The notes: a model not told the origin generated them from the sequence alone. Positions 28,942 to 39,144 are shown, numbered from the stretch's first letter. The stretch: 64,000 nucleotides of DNA from Sedimentisphaeraceae bacterium JB056 (GCA_044440125.1 JBITAJ010000029.1:96001-160000); one strand, 5' to 3'. Program-made: numbers and translations.

Positions 28942-30678
28942 ATGGATAATAGTTTTATAAACCAGAAAATCGACGACATGACCTTGGAGCAGAAAATAGG
29001 CTTGCTGATGACTGTTGTCATTGAAGGCACAACATATACACCTGCCTTTGAGGGATATATAACCGATTATCATTGCGGCGGTATCCGTGTCGTACCTTCA
29101 GATAAATATCAGCAGAAGCTGATCATAAGCAAGAAATACAGAGATGCAGGCAGCGAACATCTCGAACGCCTTTATATCACAAATAAAGACGGTGAAGCCC
29201 CAAGCGTTACATTGCCGCAATATGCTGAGACAATAAAGACTTATCTGACGAAAACCATTGAGAACTCAGGCGTACCTCTTCGTGTTCAATTCGATCAGGA
29301 AGGCGGTTTTTCTCGCGATCTGACATTCGGCGGTGCTCACGTATTTCCCAAGCCGATGGGCATAGTTGCAGGCGGCGATCCTAAAATGGCGTATGAGGCG
29401 GCAAATGCTTTGGGACGAATGGCCAAGGCGTGCGGCTTGAATATGATTCATTCGCCCATTCTTGACGTCAATGTCAATCCCGAAAACCCTGAAATCTACA
29501 CGCGGGCATTCAGTGACAGTGCAGAAGTTGTTGCTGAGTATGCACTCCAGCAGGCTCGCGGGTTCAAGGATGCCGGCATCATAGCTACCGGCAAGCATTT
29601 CCCTGGTCGCGGCGATTCTACGATGGATGCGCACCACAACATTCCGCTTATTGATATTGATTACGATACGCTTTGGAATCGCGAACTTCTGCCTTACAGG
29701 ACACTGATCGAGAACGATGTTTTACCCGCAATCATGACAGCTCACACTATTTATCCGGCGGTCGACGATCAGGAGGTTGCTACGCTCTCGGAGAAGATGC
29801 TCAAAGGCATGTTGCGAGATAAGATGAACTTTAAGGGTGTGATAACCACTGACGCTATTGGTATGGGCGGCATTATCCTGAAATATGATATAGTTACCGC
29901 CTGCCTCAAGACCCTTCAGGCTGGCGCCGATATGTTCTTGCTTCGAATGGTTAATACTGCCGATCCTATCGGTACCGTTATTCCAAAGGTTATAAATCGC
30001 ATCAAAAGGGCCCTTGAGGATAATGAACTTACGGAGAAAGAACTCGATGAGAAGGTTTATCGTATCCTCGAGTCCTATGATAATGCAGGGCTTTTCAAGA
30101 ACGACGGCATGCCGGAAGAGTCAGTAGAAGATGTGCTGAACGACAAACATATAATAGAGGTTTGCAAAAATATCAACCATAAGAGCATCTGTATATTACG
30201 TGACGAAGACAGCCTGCTCCCGCTGGCAGAAAATACGCGGGCATTGGTTATCGAACAAAGATATCCAAGAACATACTGTCCGCATGACCGGAGCTGGTAT
30301 TCAGGGATTCTTTACGACAAACTCAGCCGTTATTCTAATGAGCTGAGCTATATCGAAACCAATTCAATTGCCACAGCCGAAGAAGAGGAAACTGTTTTTG
30401 AGCACTGTGATAAATTCGACCTTATTATTATGTCCAACTGGTTTTATCGCAGCAACATTAAATCAAACTCTGCACTGGTCGAAAAGCTGATAGCCCGCGG
30501 CAGGAAGGTACTTATACTTGCCAATACGCCTTATGAGAATCAGTGCATTCCGAGTGCCGCCAGAAACGTAATCGTTCAGCTTGGTGTAACTCCATTGAGC
30601 ATTGAAGCGGCTGCCGATATTATCTTCGGAAAAAAAGAGGCTAAGGGTAAATGGCCGATTCAGTACAAACCGGCATAA
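28942..30678 (+). CDS. Glycoside hydrolase family 3 (beta-N-acetylhexosaminidase-like)
   Basis: DQEGG, KHFPGRGDSTMDAH, IMTAH, FKGVITTDAIGM. Confidence 0.85.
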   Translation: MDNSFINQKIDDMTLEQKIGLLMTVVIEGTTYTPAFEGYITDYHCGGIRVVPSDKYQQKLIISKKYRDAGSEHLERLYITNKDGEAPSVTLPQYAETIKTYLTKTIENSGVPLRVQFDQEGGFSRDLTFGGAHVFPKPMGIVAGGDPKMAYEAANALGRMAKACGLNMIHSPILDVNVNPENPEIYTRAFSDSAEVVAEYALQQARGFKDAGIIATGKHFPGRGDSTMDAHHNIPLIDIDYDTLWNRELLPYRTLIENDVLPAIMTAHTIYPAVDDQEVATLSEKMLKGMLRDKMNFKGVITTDAIGMGGIILKYDIVTACLKTLQAGADMFLLRMVNTADPIGTVIPKVINRIKRALEDNELTEKELDEKVYRILESYDNAGLFKNDGMPEESVEDVLNDKHIIEVCKNINHKSICILRDEDSLLPLAENTRALVIEQRYPRTYCPHDRSWYSGILYDKLSRYSNELSYIETNSIATAEEEETVFEHCDKFDLIIMSNWFYRSNIKSNSALVEKLIARGRKVLILANTPYENQCIPSAARNVIVQLGVTPLSIEAAADIIFGKKEAKGKWPIQYKPA

Positions 30679-30683
30679 CCTTG

Positions 30684-30738
30684 CAGCTCCTTAAGCATTA
30701 AAATTGACTTGCTGTCTAATTTTAATGCGGGGAGCTGG
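30684..30738. terminator. Hairpin between convergent GH3 and DUF1566 genes
   Basis: CAGCTCC..GCATTAAAATT..AATTTTAATGC..GGAGCTG long stem. Confidence 0.55.
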
Positions 30739-30758
30739 TTGGTTAGAATGAAAGCAGC

Positions 30759-32186
30759 TTATCTTTTAGGGTTTTTACGGGGTGACTGCATAGGCGGTGA
30801 AGTTGGAGCTTCCTGAAGCTCTATATAACCATTGTTGTTCTTATCAAGTTTGCTGAAATGAAATGATGGCCCGTCAAATTCATCTCTGGAAATCTTGCCG
30901 TCATTATCATCGTCAAGCCGGTTTATAAAATGACTTGCGAAGTTCTGTGTGTTGTTGGATGCAGGCAATGATTTTAACTCAACTTCAGGGCCGTTGCTTT
31001 TAGCATCCGCTTTTCCGCCTCTGACGCATCGCACAAAATTGTATATACGAACGACGTCTCCCTGTGGGCCTCGGCCTGTATCGTACTGTGAAGGATTTCC
31101 ATCTTTGGGGTCGCTTCTCTGACAGCCTGCGCCGTGTACATCCATAAGCGTCCTTTCTCCGGTTCGTCTGCCTGTCATAAAACCAAGGCCTCTGCCGAAT
31201 GCGATGTATACGCCGGATGATCCGTGAGAGAGACTTACATGGCTTGTACTTGTCCAGTAGAAGGGGTAGTCTTTTTTGCCGCCTTCATTTTCTATAGAGG
31301 TCGTATTGAATATTGGGTCTATAGCCGCGGAGTTTGTTGCATCGGGGCAGCGTGAATAATCAACGATGCTTTGCAGTTCTTTGGCGTTTGGCAGTCTCCA
31401 GTCGCTATGGCTGGCATAGTTGAGGTTTTCGGCGTATTGCAGTGCATGCTTCCAGTTCATTGCTTTGCCGTTGTCAATTTTCATCCATTCGAGGCCGGTG
31501 GCATTGTCTGTGATTGTGCCGTCACCATTGTCAACGAATTTGTTTTTGCCGTAGTTGGTGTTGCCTCGTACGTATAATACGTAGAATAATTTGCTTGTAG
31601 GATACCCCTTGATGCGTCCGTCTGCGAAGTTCACACCAAACATCGTTTTGTTTCCGTTCATTGTCGTACTCTTGTATATTGTTGAAGTAGCGAACTGTGA
31701 GTCAATAACGCGATCTCCATCTGCTATTTTACCATATTCGAAGTCGAAGTATCTAGTGTCAATGAACGGCCGCTGGCTTGAAGTTTCTTCGCTCATTGGA
31801 TCGGGATCGGTTCCGCTGAAGAGTATTAGTGAATAAAGCTCTTTTATTGTCGGCAGACGCCAGTCTGTGTATCCGCCTACTTTGCATTTTGATGCTTGGG
31901 CAGACGCTTGAGACTGAGTCATCTTGCCAAGAGGTGTCTTTGTCCACACAAGTGCGGTAACATTATCTGTTATGGTACCGTCTTTGTTGTCGGTATAATC
32001 CGGCTGATTACCGCAGTATTGCGCATCCTGACCAAAGAAGTCTGCTTTGGAATCTGGATATTCAATTTCCGCAGTGTTAGCATAGCATCGTATCTGACCG
32101 GTATCAATGATGCTGTAGTTTCCATAAGAAGTAATGCCGGTTATTAGAGATATGATTATTGTGAATTTTGTAGCAGTATTTTTCAT
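30759..32186 (-). CDS. Secreted DUF1566 (Lcl C-terminal) domain protein with C-terminal EF-hand-like motifs
   Basis: Signal peptide; two DNxDGTITDNxTxLxW...DWRLPxxKELxS repeats; DDDNDGKISRDE and DKNNNGYIELQE. Confidence 0.82.
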   Translation of the reverse strand: MKNTATKFTIIISLITGITSYGNYSIIDTGQIRCYANTAEIEYPDSKADFFGQDAQYCGNQPDYTDNKDGTITDNVTALVWTKTPLGKMTQSQASAQASKCKVGGYTDWRLPTIKELYSLILFSGTDPDPMSEETSSQRPFIDTRYFDFEYGKIADGDRVIDSQFATSTIYKSTTMNGNKTMFGVNFADGRIKGYPTSKLFYVLYVRGNTNYGKNKFVDNGDGTITDNATGLEWMKIDNGKAMNWKHALQYAENLNYASHSDWRLPNAKELQSIVDYSRCPDATNSAAIDPIFNTTSIENEGGKKDYPFYWTSTSHVSLSHGSSGVYIAFGRGLGFMTGRRTGERTLMDVHGAGCQRSDPKDGNPSQYDTGRGPQGDVVRIYNFVRCVRGGKADAKSNGPEVELKSLPASNNTQNFASHFINRLDDDNDGKISRDEFDGPSFHFSKLDKNNNGYIELQEAPTSPPMQSPRKNPKR

Positions 32187-32377
32187 TTTTATATCTCCTG
32201 AACGAATCTTTTCAATATGAAATAAGGGGGTCTTATAAATATAAACGTGATTAATGCTGATTTTATTGCTAATTAATTATGAGAATTCAATATTTAGTGA
32301 CACTGTGATTGGCACGATGAATTTCCAATACAATCTGTTTTTGAATTCAGAAAGTAAAAGCAAGCGATAATATAGTA

Positions 32378-32406
32378 TTGACAAATAATAAATTGGGTAA
32401 TATACT
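32378..32406 (+). promoter_or_regulatory. Sigma70-type promoter
   Basis: TTGACA-N17-TATACT, about 60 nt upstream of the 32470 start. Confidence 0.7.
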
Positions 32407-32469
32407 TACTGGGTCTCAGGTGTGCAGAGGCTAATTTAAGATGTGTTATTGTAATGGAGTATTTTCAAG

Positions 32470-33267
32470 GTGTATTGCCCAAAATGTGGTACATTAAATC
32501 CCGAAGGTGATTTATGCATAGTTTGCAACTGGGTTTTGCGTGATGACAGGAAATCAACGACAGTTGAGGTTCCCGCCGCAGAATCCTGTGGTCTTGCAAC
32601 TGCATCTAAGGTTCTTGGAATCCTTGGTTTCTTCACCTTAGGACTCACATTTCTCCCGGCCTTTATATGTGGAATGCTCGCCATACTCAAGATTGAGCGC
32701 AGCTCCGATTGTCTTAAAGGTAAGGGCAATGCTATATTCGGGATGTTCTCAATTTATTTAGCTACGCCCGTAATTGCTTTATTAATAATGGTTGGTGCAG
32801 TTGTGATGCCTTTTAGCAGGGGGTTTCAGGTTGATGGCAAGAAAATGATATGCCAGGCGCATCTGAAGGATTTTAATTCTGCAATTGAGATTTATGTTAA
32901 GAATAACCACGGCAGATTGCCGCAGGCATATAAATGGTGCGACCAGCTTATGGAAATCAGCGATCTCAATGCACTGGACTTCAAGTGTTTCTCCTTTAAA
33001 GATGGCGGAGGCGGCTATGCGATGAATATAGATGCTGCCGGTAAAAAGCTGTCAACACTTCCAGGTAAAATGGTTCTCGTATTTGAAGGCGAGCAAAGCT
33101 GGAATAATTACGGCGGTGTTGACTACGTAAATCTCAAAAGCCATAACATGGAAGGTTGTAATATATTATATTGTGACGGTACTGTTGAGTTTGTGGCAGC
33201 AGAAAATATACAGCAGCTCATATGGGAAGAGCCCGAAGACACGGAGGATCCGGATGCTGAAAACTGA
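32470..33267 (+). CDS. Membrane protein: Zn ribbon, DUF4190-like TM region, H-X9-DG C-terminal motif
   Basis: MYCPKCG..CIVC; GLATASKVLGILG..LKGKGNAIFG; CQAHLK; SHNMEGCNILYCDGTV. Confidence 0.7.
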   Translation: MYCPKCGTLNPEGDLCIVCNWVLRDDRKSTTVEVPAAESCGLATASKVLGILGFFTLGLTFLPAFICGMLAILKIERSSDCLKGKGNAIFGMFSIYLATPVIALLIMVGAVVMPFSRGFQVDGKKMICQAHLKDFNSAIEIYVKNNHGRLPQAYKWCDQLMEISDLNALDFKCFSFKDGGGGYAMNIDAAGKKLSTLPGKMVLVFEGEQSWNNYGGVDYVNLKSHNMEGCNILYCDGTVEFVAAENIQQLIWEEPEDTEDPDAEN

Positions 33268-34021
33268 TAAATATCTGAATTATTACGACATTATAGCTTA
33301 TTCATGGAAGAGGGTCATAGATAATATAGGGCTTTTTATGGGTATAAGCCTGATATATATATTAGGCTTGATATTTTTCGCTGTTACTCAGTATTTTGCT
33401 CAGAATGTCATGCCAGCGGCCTATGGCAGAGGACCGGCAGCACTCACCAATCTCATATTAAGTATAGTAAGCAACATATGGTCAATAGTAATAAGTGTAG
33501 GTTTTATTAGAATCATCTTCTTGCTGATTGACGGATACAGATCGCCCATAAGCCTGCTTTTTAGTGCCGGGGGGTGCTTCTGGCGGTATATAGCAGTGAC
33601 TTTCCTTTACGGCATGATAACCATGGTAGGTTTTTTCTTACTTGTGATTCCTGGTATGATATGGATGGTAAAGTTCCATCTTTGCATCTTTTTTGTCGTT
33701 GATAAAGGCTTAGGCCCTATAGACGCGTTAAAGGCCAGTTCCAGAGCAACCGCGTATATGAAATGGCACTGGTTTGGACTGATGGGTTTTGCAGGTCTTA
33801 TTATGATTGCCGGTGTAATGTGTCTGGGAATAGGTGCGTTTGTTTCATATCCGATGGGTTTCATGATGATGGCGCTTGGTTACAGGCAGCTTGCGGCTCA
33901 AACTCCTGATTTGGAGGAATTGGGAGTGCATACTATGTTTAACCGCCCACCGCAGCCCCAGCCACCGCAGCAGCCTGCCCAACAGTCATTTTATCCTGAT
34001 CAGGATTCTTTCTTTATATAA
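33254..34021 (+). CDS. Integral membrane protein (DUF975-like)
   Basis: GGAGG RBS; several TM helices; LLVIPGMIW..VDKGLGPIDALKAS pattern. Confidence 0.7.
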   Translation: MLKTDKYLNYYDIIAYSWKRVIDNIGLFMGISLIYILGLIFFAVTQYFAQNVMPAAYGRGPAALTNLILSIVSNIWSIVISVGFIRIIFLLIDGYRSPISLLFSAGGCFWRYIAVTFLYGMITMVGFFLLVIPGMIWMVKFHLCIFFVVDKGLGPIDALKASSRATAYMKWHWFGLMGFAGLIMIAGVMCLGIGAFVSYPMGFMMMALGYRQLAAQTPDLEELGVHTMFNRPPQPQPPQQPAQQSFYPDQDSFFI

Positions 34022-34299
34022 GGATGAGAAGCAGAAAGAATGCAGGCCTGTCTCATTGACAACTGTTCAGAATCCCAAATTTTATCACCTCAATGAGATT
34101 TATCGACACCATATGCATAAATATAAGTTTAATTTGATATTAAGCTTGTATTACTGTGTTAAATTCGTACAATATGCCGCTCGTTGACAGTTATGAGAAC
34201 TTGTTCTCGGTCTAAATATCTTCTTATAAGGTATTTAAACAGTACTGTTTGTGAAAAGAGAGAATAAACACTTAATTTTTTAAAAGTCAGGTTTTAAAC

Positions 34300-34328
34300 T
34301 TGACAATAATGTAAGGTGTTGATATATT
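34300..34328 (+). promoter_or_regulatory. Sigma70 promoter of the S10 ribosomal operon
   Basis: TTGACA-N17-TATATT, ~270 nt upstream of rpsJ. Confidence 0.7.
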
Positions 34329-34597
34329 CTTCTCTCTTCATAGCCGAAGCGAGCATAGGATTAGTGTCCAATGCGTTTCGAGTGGGGCTTAAAACTACAT
34401 TTAAAGCCAGTTCATTCTTGAACTTATGCACTGTTCAGTGCATAACACACGAAAAATCGCCCCGGATATGTATCGAAACTGATAGTGTATGTTAGTTATT
34501 TTTTTCGATTTAAGAGTTTTATTTTCAAGTACGCTTAATTTGTAGGCATACTTTGGATATTTGTAAAAGCTGACGCTTAGAGCTTAAGGAAACAATA

Positions 34598-34912
34598 ATG
34601 GCAGCTGAAATGGAAAAAATCAGAATACGGATGGAAGCCTACGATCATAAGGCTCTCGACAACTCTGCTAAAGAGATAGTCGAGCAGGCACGCAGGACCA
34701 ATGCGAGAGTTAGTGGTCCGGTACCTTTGCCTACACGCATCGAGCGTTATACAGTGCTTCGTAGTCCTCACGTAAACAAGAAATCTCGTGAGCAGTTTGA
34801 GATCAGAACACATAAGCGTTTGATCGATATTTACGAGGCAAACAGTAGGACAGTAGAAGCCCTTAACAGGCTCGTGGTACCCGCAGGCGTTTTTGTGAAA
34901 ATCAAAGCCTAA
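34598..34912 (+). CDS. rpsJ: 30S ribosomal protein S10
   Basis: [32 protein letters not shown]. Confidence 0.98.
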   Translation: MAAEMEKIRIRMEAYDHKALDNSAKEIVEQARRTNARVSGPVPLPTRIERYTVLRSPHVNKKSREQFEIRTHKRLIDIYEANSRTVEALNRLVVPAGVFVKIKA

Positions 34913-34974
34913 CGGTAATTGGATAGATACGATTTTGGTAACATTTAAGTAGCTGAACAAAAGAGGCAAAACTT

Positions 34975-35625
34975 ATGGCAATGTTGCTTGGCAAAAAAAT
35001 AGGCATGACCCAGATATATGATGAGCAGGGAAAGATCTGCTCTGTAAGTGTAATACAGGCTGGGCCATGTACAGTTACACAGATAAAAACAAAAGACACA
35101 GACGGATACAGTGCTGTCCAGATGGGTTATGGAGACGTAAAGGCTTCACGACGTAAAAAACCTGCAGTTGGCCACTTTAAGAAGGCTAACACAGACCCTA
35201 AGCATTTCATTCGCGAATTGAGAGTCCAAGATGATTCTCAAGTGGCATATGAGCTTGGTCAGCAGCTTGACGTAGAAGTTTTTGAAGAAGTAAATTACGT
35301 TGATATCGTTGGTACGAGCAAAGGTAAAGGCTTTGCCGGTGGTATGAAACGTCACGGTTTTGGTGGTTTCCCAGCATCTCACGGTTGTGAGAGGAAACAC
35401 AGGGCCCCAGGTTCTATCTCAAGTTATGCCAGTGACGCAGGTCATGGTGGTAACGTTAAAAAGGGTAAGAGAATGGCCGGTCATATGGGTAACGTTCGTG
35501 TTACTACCAAGAACCACAAGCTTATGTCTATAAATAAGGATAAGAACATCATCGTTGTTAAGGGTGCGGTAGCGGGTCCTTCAGGCGGGTATGTTGTTAT
35601 CAAGACTGCCAAAACTAAGAAGTAA
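34975..35625 (+). CDS. rplC: 50S ribosomal protein L3
   Basis: LGKKIGMTQ, SKGKGFAGGMKRHGF, HRAPGS, MAGHMG. Confidence 0.98.
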   Translation: MAMLLGKKIGMTQIYDEQGKICSVSVIQAGPCTVTQIKTKDTDGYSAVQMGYGDVKASRRKKPAVGHFKKANTDPKHFIRELRVQDDSQVAYELGQQLDVEVFEEVNYVDIVGTSKGKGFAGGMKRHGFGGFPASHGCERKHRAPGSISSYASDAGHGGNVKKGKRMAGHMGNVRVTTKNHKLMSINKDKNIIVVKGAVAGPSGGYVVIKTAKTKK

Positions 35626-35642
35626 GAGCAGGGAACAATAAT

Positions 35643-36269
35643 ATGATAGATGTTACTGTATATAATAAAGAAGGTAAAGAGCTGGAAACCATTTCAGTTG
35701 ATGAGAATCTTTTCGGTGAAAAGATCCGTCACGATCTGCTCAAGCAGGCTATCGTAATGTACCATGCTAATAAGCGTGTTGGTACAGCGGCGACTAAGAG
35801 TCGCGGTATGGTTGCCGGTTCTACAAGAAAACTTTTCCGCCAGAAGGGTACAGGTAATGCTCGTGTAGGTAATGCAAGAACCGGTAAACGTGTCGGTGGT
35901 GGTGTTACTTTCGCTAAGGTAGCACGCGACTTCGGCAAAGATATGCCTAAGAAGCAAAAACGCCTCGCTTGCGACAGTGCTTTACTTGCTAAGCTCCAGA
36001 GCGGATCAGTGATAGTCGTTGATGAGCTTGATTTTTCAGCTCCTAAGACTAAAGAGATGGTAAGTGTCCTGAACAATTTGAAGATTGATCGCAGTTGTCT
36101 TGTTACAGTTGCTAATCAGGATGTTAATATATACAAATCGACGCGTAACATTCAAAAAGTTGATGTTATGGTAGTTGGCGACCTCAATGCCGGTATGATC
36201 TGCAATAAGCAGAAAATACTGTTTACAAAAGAGGCTTTCAACAATCTGCTCGCGTCGAAGAGTGCTTAA
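35643..36269 (+). CDS. rplD: 50S ribosomal protein L4
   Basis: GTAATKSRG, RQKGTGNAR, GGGVTF. Confidence 0.97.
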   Translation: MIDVTVYNKEGKELETISVDENLFGEKIRHDLLKQAIVMYHANKRVGTAATKSRGMVAGSTRKLFRQKGTGNARVGNARTGKRVGGGVTFAKVARDFGKDMPKKQKRLACDSALLAKLQSGSVIVVDELDFSAPKTKEMVSVLNNLKIDRSCLVTVANQDVNIYKSTRNIQKVDVMVVGDLNAGMICNKQKILFTKEAFNNLLASKSA

Positions 36270-36302
36270 TGATTGATAACACATAGCTGATAAGGTGTTC
36301 AA

Positions 36303-36581
36303 GTGGATAGTTGTAATATAATCATAAGGCCGATAATCACAGAACAAAGTATGCATTTTGCTAATACTCAAAACGCTTATGCGTTCAAGGTAAACAAAGG
36401 TGCTAACAAGTTCCAGATTAAGAAGGCAATTGAAGATCTTTATGAAGTAAAGGTCTCTGATGTTCGCACTATGAATCGTATCGGTAAAGAGCGTAGACGC
36501 GGCCGTAACATAGGCAGGACTTCAAGCTGGAAGAAGGCGATTGTCGTACTGAACGAAAAATACAAAATTGACCTTTTCTAA
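36303..36581 (+). CDS. rplW: 50S ribosomal protein L23
   Basis: IIRPIITE, ANKFQIKKAIE, WKKAIV. Confidence 0.96.
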   Translation: MDSCNIIIRPIITEQSMHFANTQNAYAFKVNKGANKFQIKKAIEDLYEVKVSDVRTMNRIGKERRRGRNIGRTSSWKKAIVVLNEKYKIDLF

Positions 36582-36601
36582 GATAACTTACAGGCAATAC
36601 T

Positions 36602-37456
36602 ATGGCGATTAAAGTATATAAACCGACAAGCCCGGGCAGACGTAATGGCTCAGTAATTGATTACAAGGCCGTTCTTACGACTGATAAGCCGGAGAAAACA
36701 CTCTGTAAGAGGATTAAGAAGACCGGCGGTCGTAACCATCACGGTAGAACGACTGTTCGCTTTAGAGGCGGTGGTGCAAGACGTATCTATCGTTTGATTG
36801 ATTTCAAACGTAATAAAGATAACGTTGCAGCAACGGTTCAAACAATTGAATATGATCCTAACCGTAACTGTTTCATCTCTCTTATAGAGTATGCAGACGG
36901 TGAGAAGAGATATATTCTCGCTCCTGAAGGACTTAAAGTAGGTGCAACTGTAGTTAGCGGTGCAAGCTGTGAGCCGGTTGTGGGCAATTCTATGCCTTTA
37001 TCTGCAATTCCTGTGGGTGTTGAGGTTCACAATATAGAAATGAACGCCGGTCAGGGCGGCAAGCTGGTACGTAGTGCCGGCGGTGTAGCACGTCTTATGG
37101 CCAGAGAAGGCGGCTGGGCGACAATAATTCTCCCCAGTGGTGAGATGAGAATGGTTAGAGTTGAGTGCCGTGCGACTATCGGACAGTTGAGCAACTCTGA
37201 CTTCCAGAATGTCAGCATCGGTAAGGCCGGTCGTAAACGTCATATGGGTCGTAAGCCTCACGTTCGCGGTAAGGCTATGAACCCTGTTGCACACCCGATG
37301 GGTGGTGGTGAAGGACGCAGTAATGGTGGTCGTCACCCCTGTTCTCCAACAGGTAAGCCTGCTAAAGGCGGTAAGACCCGTAACAAGAGGAAGACCAGCA
37401 ACAAGCGTATTATCAGACGTCGTAAAAATAACCGCGGTCTGCAACTGGTTCTGTAA
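36602..37456 (+). CDS. rplB: 50S ribosomal protein L2
   Basis: [32 protein letters not shown]. Confidence 0.98.
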   Translation: MAIKVYKPTSPGRRNGSVIDYKAVLTTDKPEKTLCKRIKKTGGRNHHGRTTVRFRGGGARRIYRLIDFKRNKDNVAATVQTIEYDPNRNCFISLIEYADGEKRYILAPEGLKVGATVVSGASCEPVVGNSMPLSAIPVGVEVHNIEMNAGQGGKLVRSAGGVARLMAREGGWATIILPSGEMRMVRVECRATIGQLSNSDFQNVSIGKAGRKRHMGRKPHVRGKAMNPVAHPMGGGEGRSNGGRHPCSPTGKPAKGGKTRNKRKTSNKRIIRRRKNNRGLQLVL

Positions 37457-37483
37457 TTAAAGGTAGATTAAAGGATAATATAA

Positions 37484-37750
37484 ATGGGAAGATCACTTAA
37501 AAAAGGCCCATTCGTTGACGACAGTTTGCTTTCTAAGGTGGCAACGCAGTTGGAAGCCGGATCGAAAAGGCCGATAAGAACCTGGTCTCGCAGAAGTACA
37601 ATAATCCCTGAATTCGTGGGATTTACTTTCGAGGTTCATAACGGTCGTATGTTCCATAAAGTGTTCGTAACAGAAGATATGGTTGGCCACAAACTTGGTG
37701 AGTTCTCTCCAACGAGAACCTTCAAAGGTCATGCTGACAAGAAAAAATAA
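37484..37750 (+). CDS. rpsS: 30S ribosomal protein S19
   Basis: [31 protein letters not shown]. Confidence 0.98.
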   Translation: MGRSLKKGPFVDDSLLSKVATQLEAGSKRPIRTWSRRSTIIPEFVGFTFEVHNGRMFHKVFVTEDMVGHKLGEFSPTRTFKGHADKKK

Positions 37751-37787
37751 CGGCTCTTGAGTGAGACTTACATATAAGGTCTGAATT

Positions 37788-38330
37788 ATGTTAAGCAGCA
37801 AGAAGTTAAGAGAAATTTGCAAAGAAAAAAATATCGATGCACAAGAGATAGCAAGCTATCTCAAGGGCTACGATGATAAAAAGGCCCTTGCGGCAGTAAA
37901 AAATTGGATGCGTGGCCTTTACAAGCCGGCTCCTAAAAGCTCAGATGTTGAAGCTATAGCTTCTGGTCTTGGCGTAGAAGTTGCTGAGATTTCAGCATGG
38001 AAGGCTACTTATAAGTATGCTCCTTCTTCTGCACGTAAGGCTCGTCTTGTAACACAGCTGATAGCCGGACGTGAAGCTCAGGATGCACTTGATGTGTTGA
38101 AATTCACACCAAAGAGAGCTGCTGGATTTGTAAGGCAGGTTCTACAGAGTGCCATCGCAAGTGCTGATGAGGCAGAGGCCGATGTAGAGAAGCTTTACGT
38201 TATCGAAGCTCGAGTTGATGGAGCTGGAAGACGTATTGGAACTAAGGGCTGGATAGCTAAAGACAGAGGTCGTGCTCATCCAATCCGTAAAGAGGCAAGC
38301 CATATTTATGTAACAGTGGCTGAGATTTGA
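37788..38330 (+). CDS. rplV: 50S ribosomal protein L22 with N-terminal XRE/Cro-like HTH extension
   Basis: Position between rpsS and rpsC; L22 core from about residue 70 (SARKARLV..LQSAIASA..GRAHPIRKEASHIYVTV); 180 aa versus the usual ~110. Confidence 0.95.
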   Translation: MLSSKKLREICKEKNIDAQEIASYLKGYDDKKALAAVKNWMRGLYKPAPKSSDVEAIASGLGVEVAEISAWKATYKYAPSSARKARLVTQLIAGREAQDALDVLKFTPKRAAGFVRQVLQSAIASADEAEADVEKLYVIEARVDGAGRRIGTKGWIAKDRGRAHPIRKEASHIYVTVAEI

Positions 38331-38355
38331 TGAATTTAATCACGGGAAATAACTG

Positions 38356-39090
38356 ATGGGTCAGAAGACATCACCAATTGGTTTCAGAACTGGTATCAGA
38401 CTCGACTGGCAGAGTACGTGGTTTGCTCCAAAGGCAAATTATGGCGAGTTTCTGATCGAGGATCATCGTGTCCGCAAATTTGTAAATAACAAATTTAACG
38501 AGAGCAACCCTTATGCGGCTGTCTCTAAGGTTGAAATAGCAAGGACACGTAACGAAGTTAAGGTAACTCTGCATACAGCAAGACCGGGTATGATTATCGG
38601 TCCTAAGGGAGCAGAAGTTGACAAGCTTCGTGAGCAGCTCGAAGAACTTATCGACAGAAAAGTAAACGTAAATGTCGTTGAGGTTAAAGAGCCTTCTCTT
38701 GACGCAAAGCTTGTAGCAGACAACATTGCTATGCAGCTGGGACGTCGTGCTTCATTCCGTCGTGCTATGAAGATGCAGTGCGAGAACGTAATGAGCACAG
38801 GTGCCAAGGGTGTTAAGATAATTTGCTCTGGTCGCTTGGGTGGTGCGGAAATGGCACGTAAAGAAACTCAGAAGCTCGGAAGTATTCCGCTTCAGACTAT
38901 AGATGCTAATGTAGATTACGGCACATCAACTGCTCGTACAACTTATGGTGCAATAGGCATCAAGGTATGGATCTACAAGGGTAAATTTGGTGAAGAAATT
39001 ACACCGATTGTTAAAAGTCGTGGTAAAGGTCCAAGAGGCGGCAGAAAAGGTGGTCGCGGCAAAGGACCAAGGGACGCAAAGCGTAACTAA
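38356..39090 (+). CDS. rpsC: 30S ribosomal protein S3
   Basis: MGQKTSPIGFR, ARPGMIIG, SGRLGGAEMAR, GIKVWIYKG. Confidence 0.98.
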   Translation: MGQKTSPIGFRTGIRLDWQSTWFAPKANYGEFLIEDHRVRKFVNNKFNESNPYAAVSKVEIARTRNEVKVTLHTARPGMIIGPKGAEVDKLREQLEELIDRKVNVNVVEVKEPSLDAKLVADNIAMQLGRRASFRRAMKMQCENVMSTGAKGVKIICSGRLGGAEMARKETQKLGSIPLQTIDANVDYGTSTARTTYGAIGIKVWIYKGKFGEEITPIVKSRGKGPRGGRKGGRGKGPRDAKRN

Positions 39091-39144
39091 ATAGACCGAG
39101 AACTATACAGAAACCGATAACTGTTTTTGTGAGAGGATAATAAA

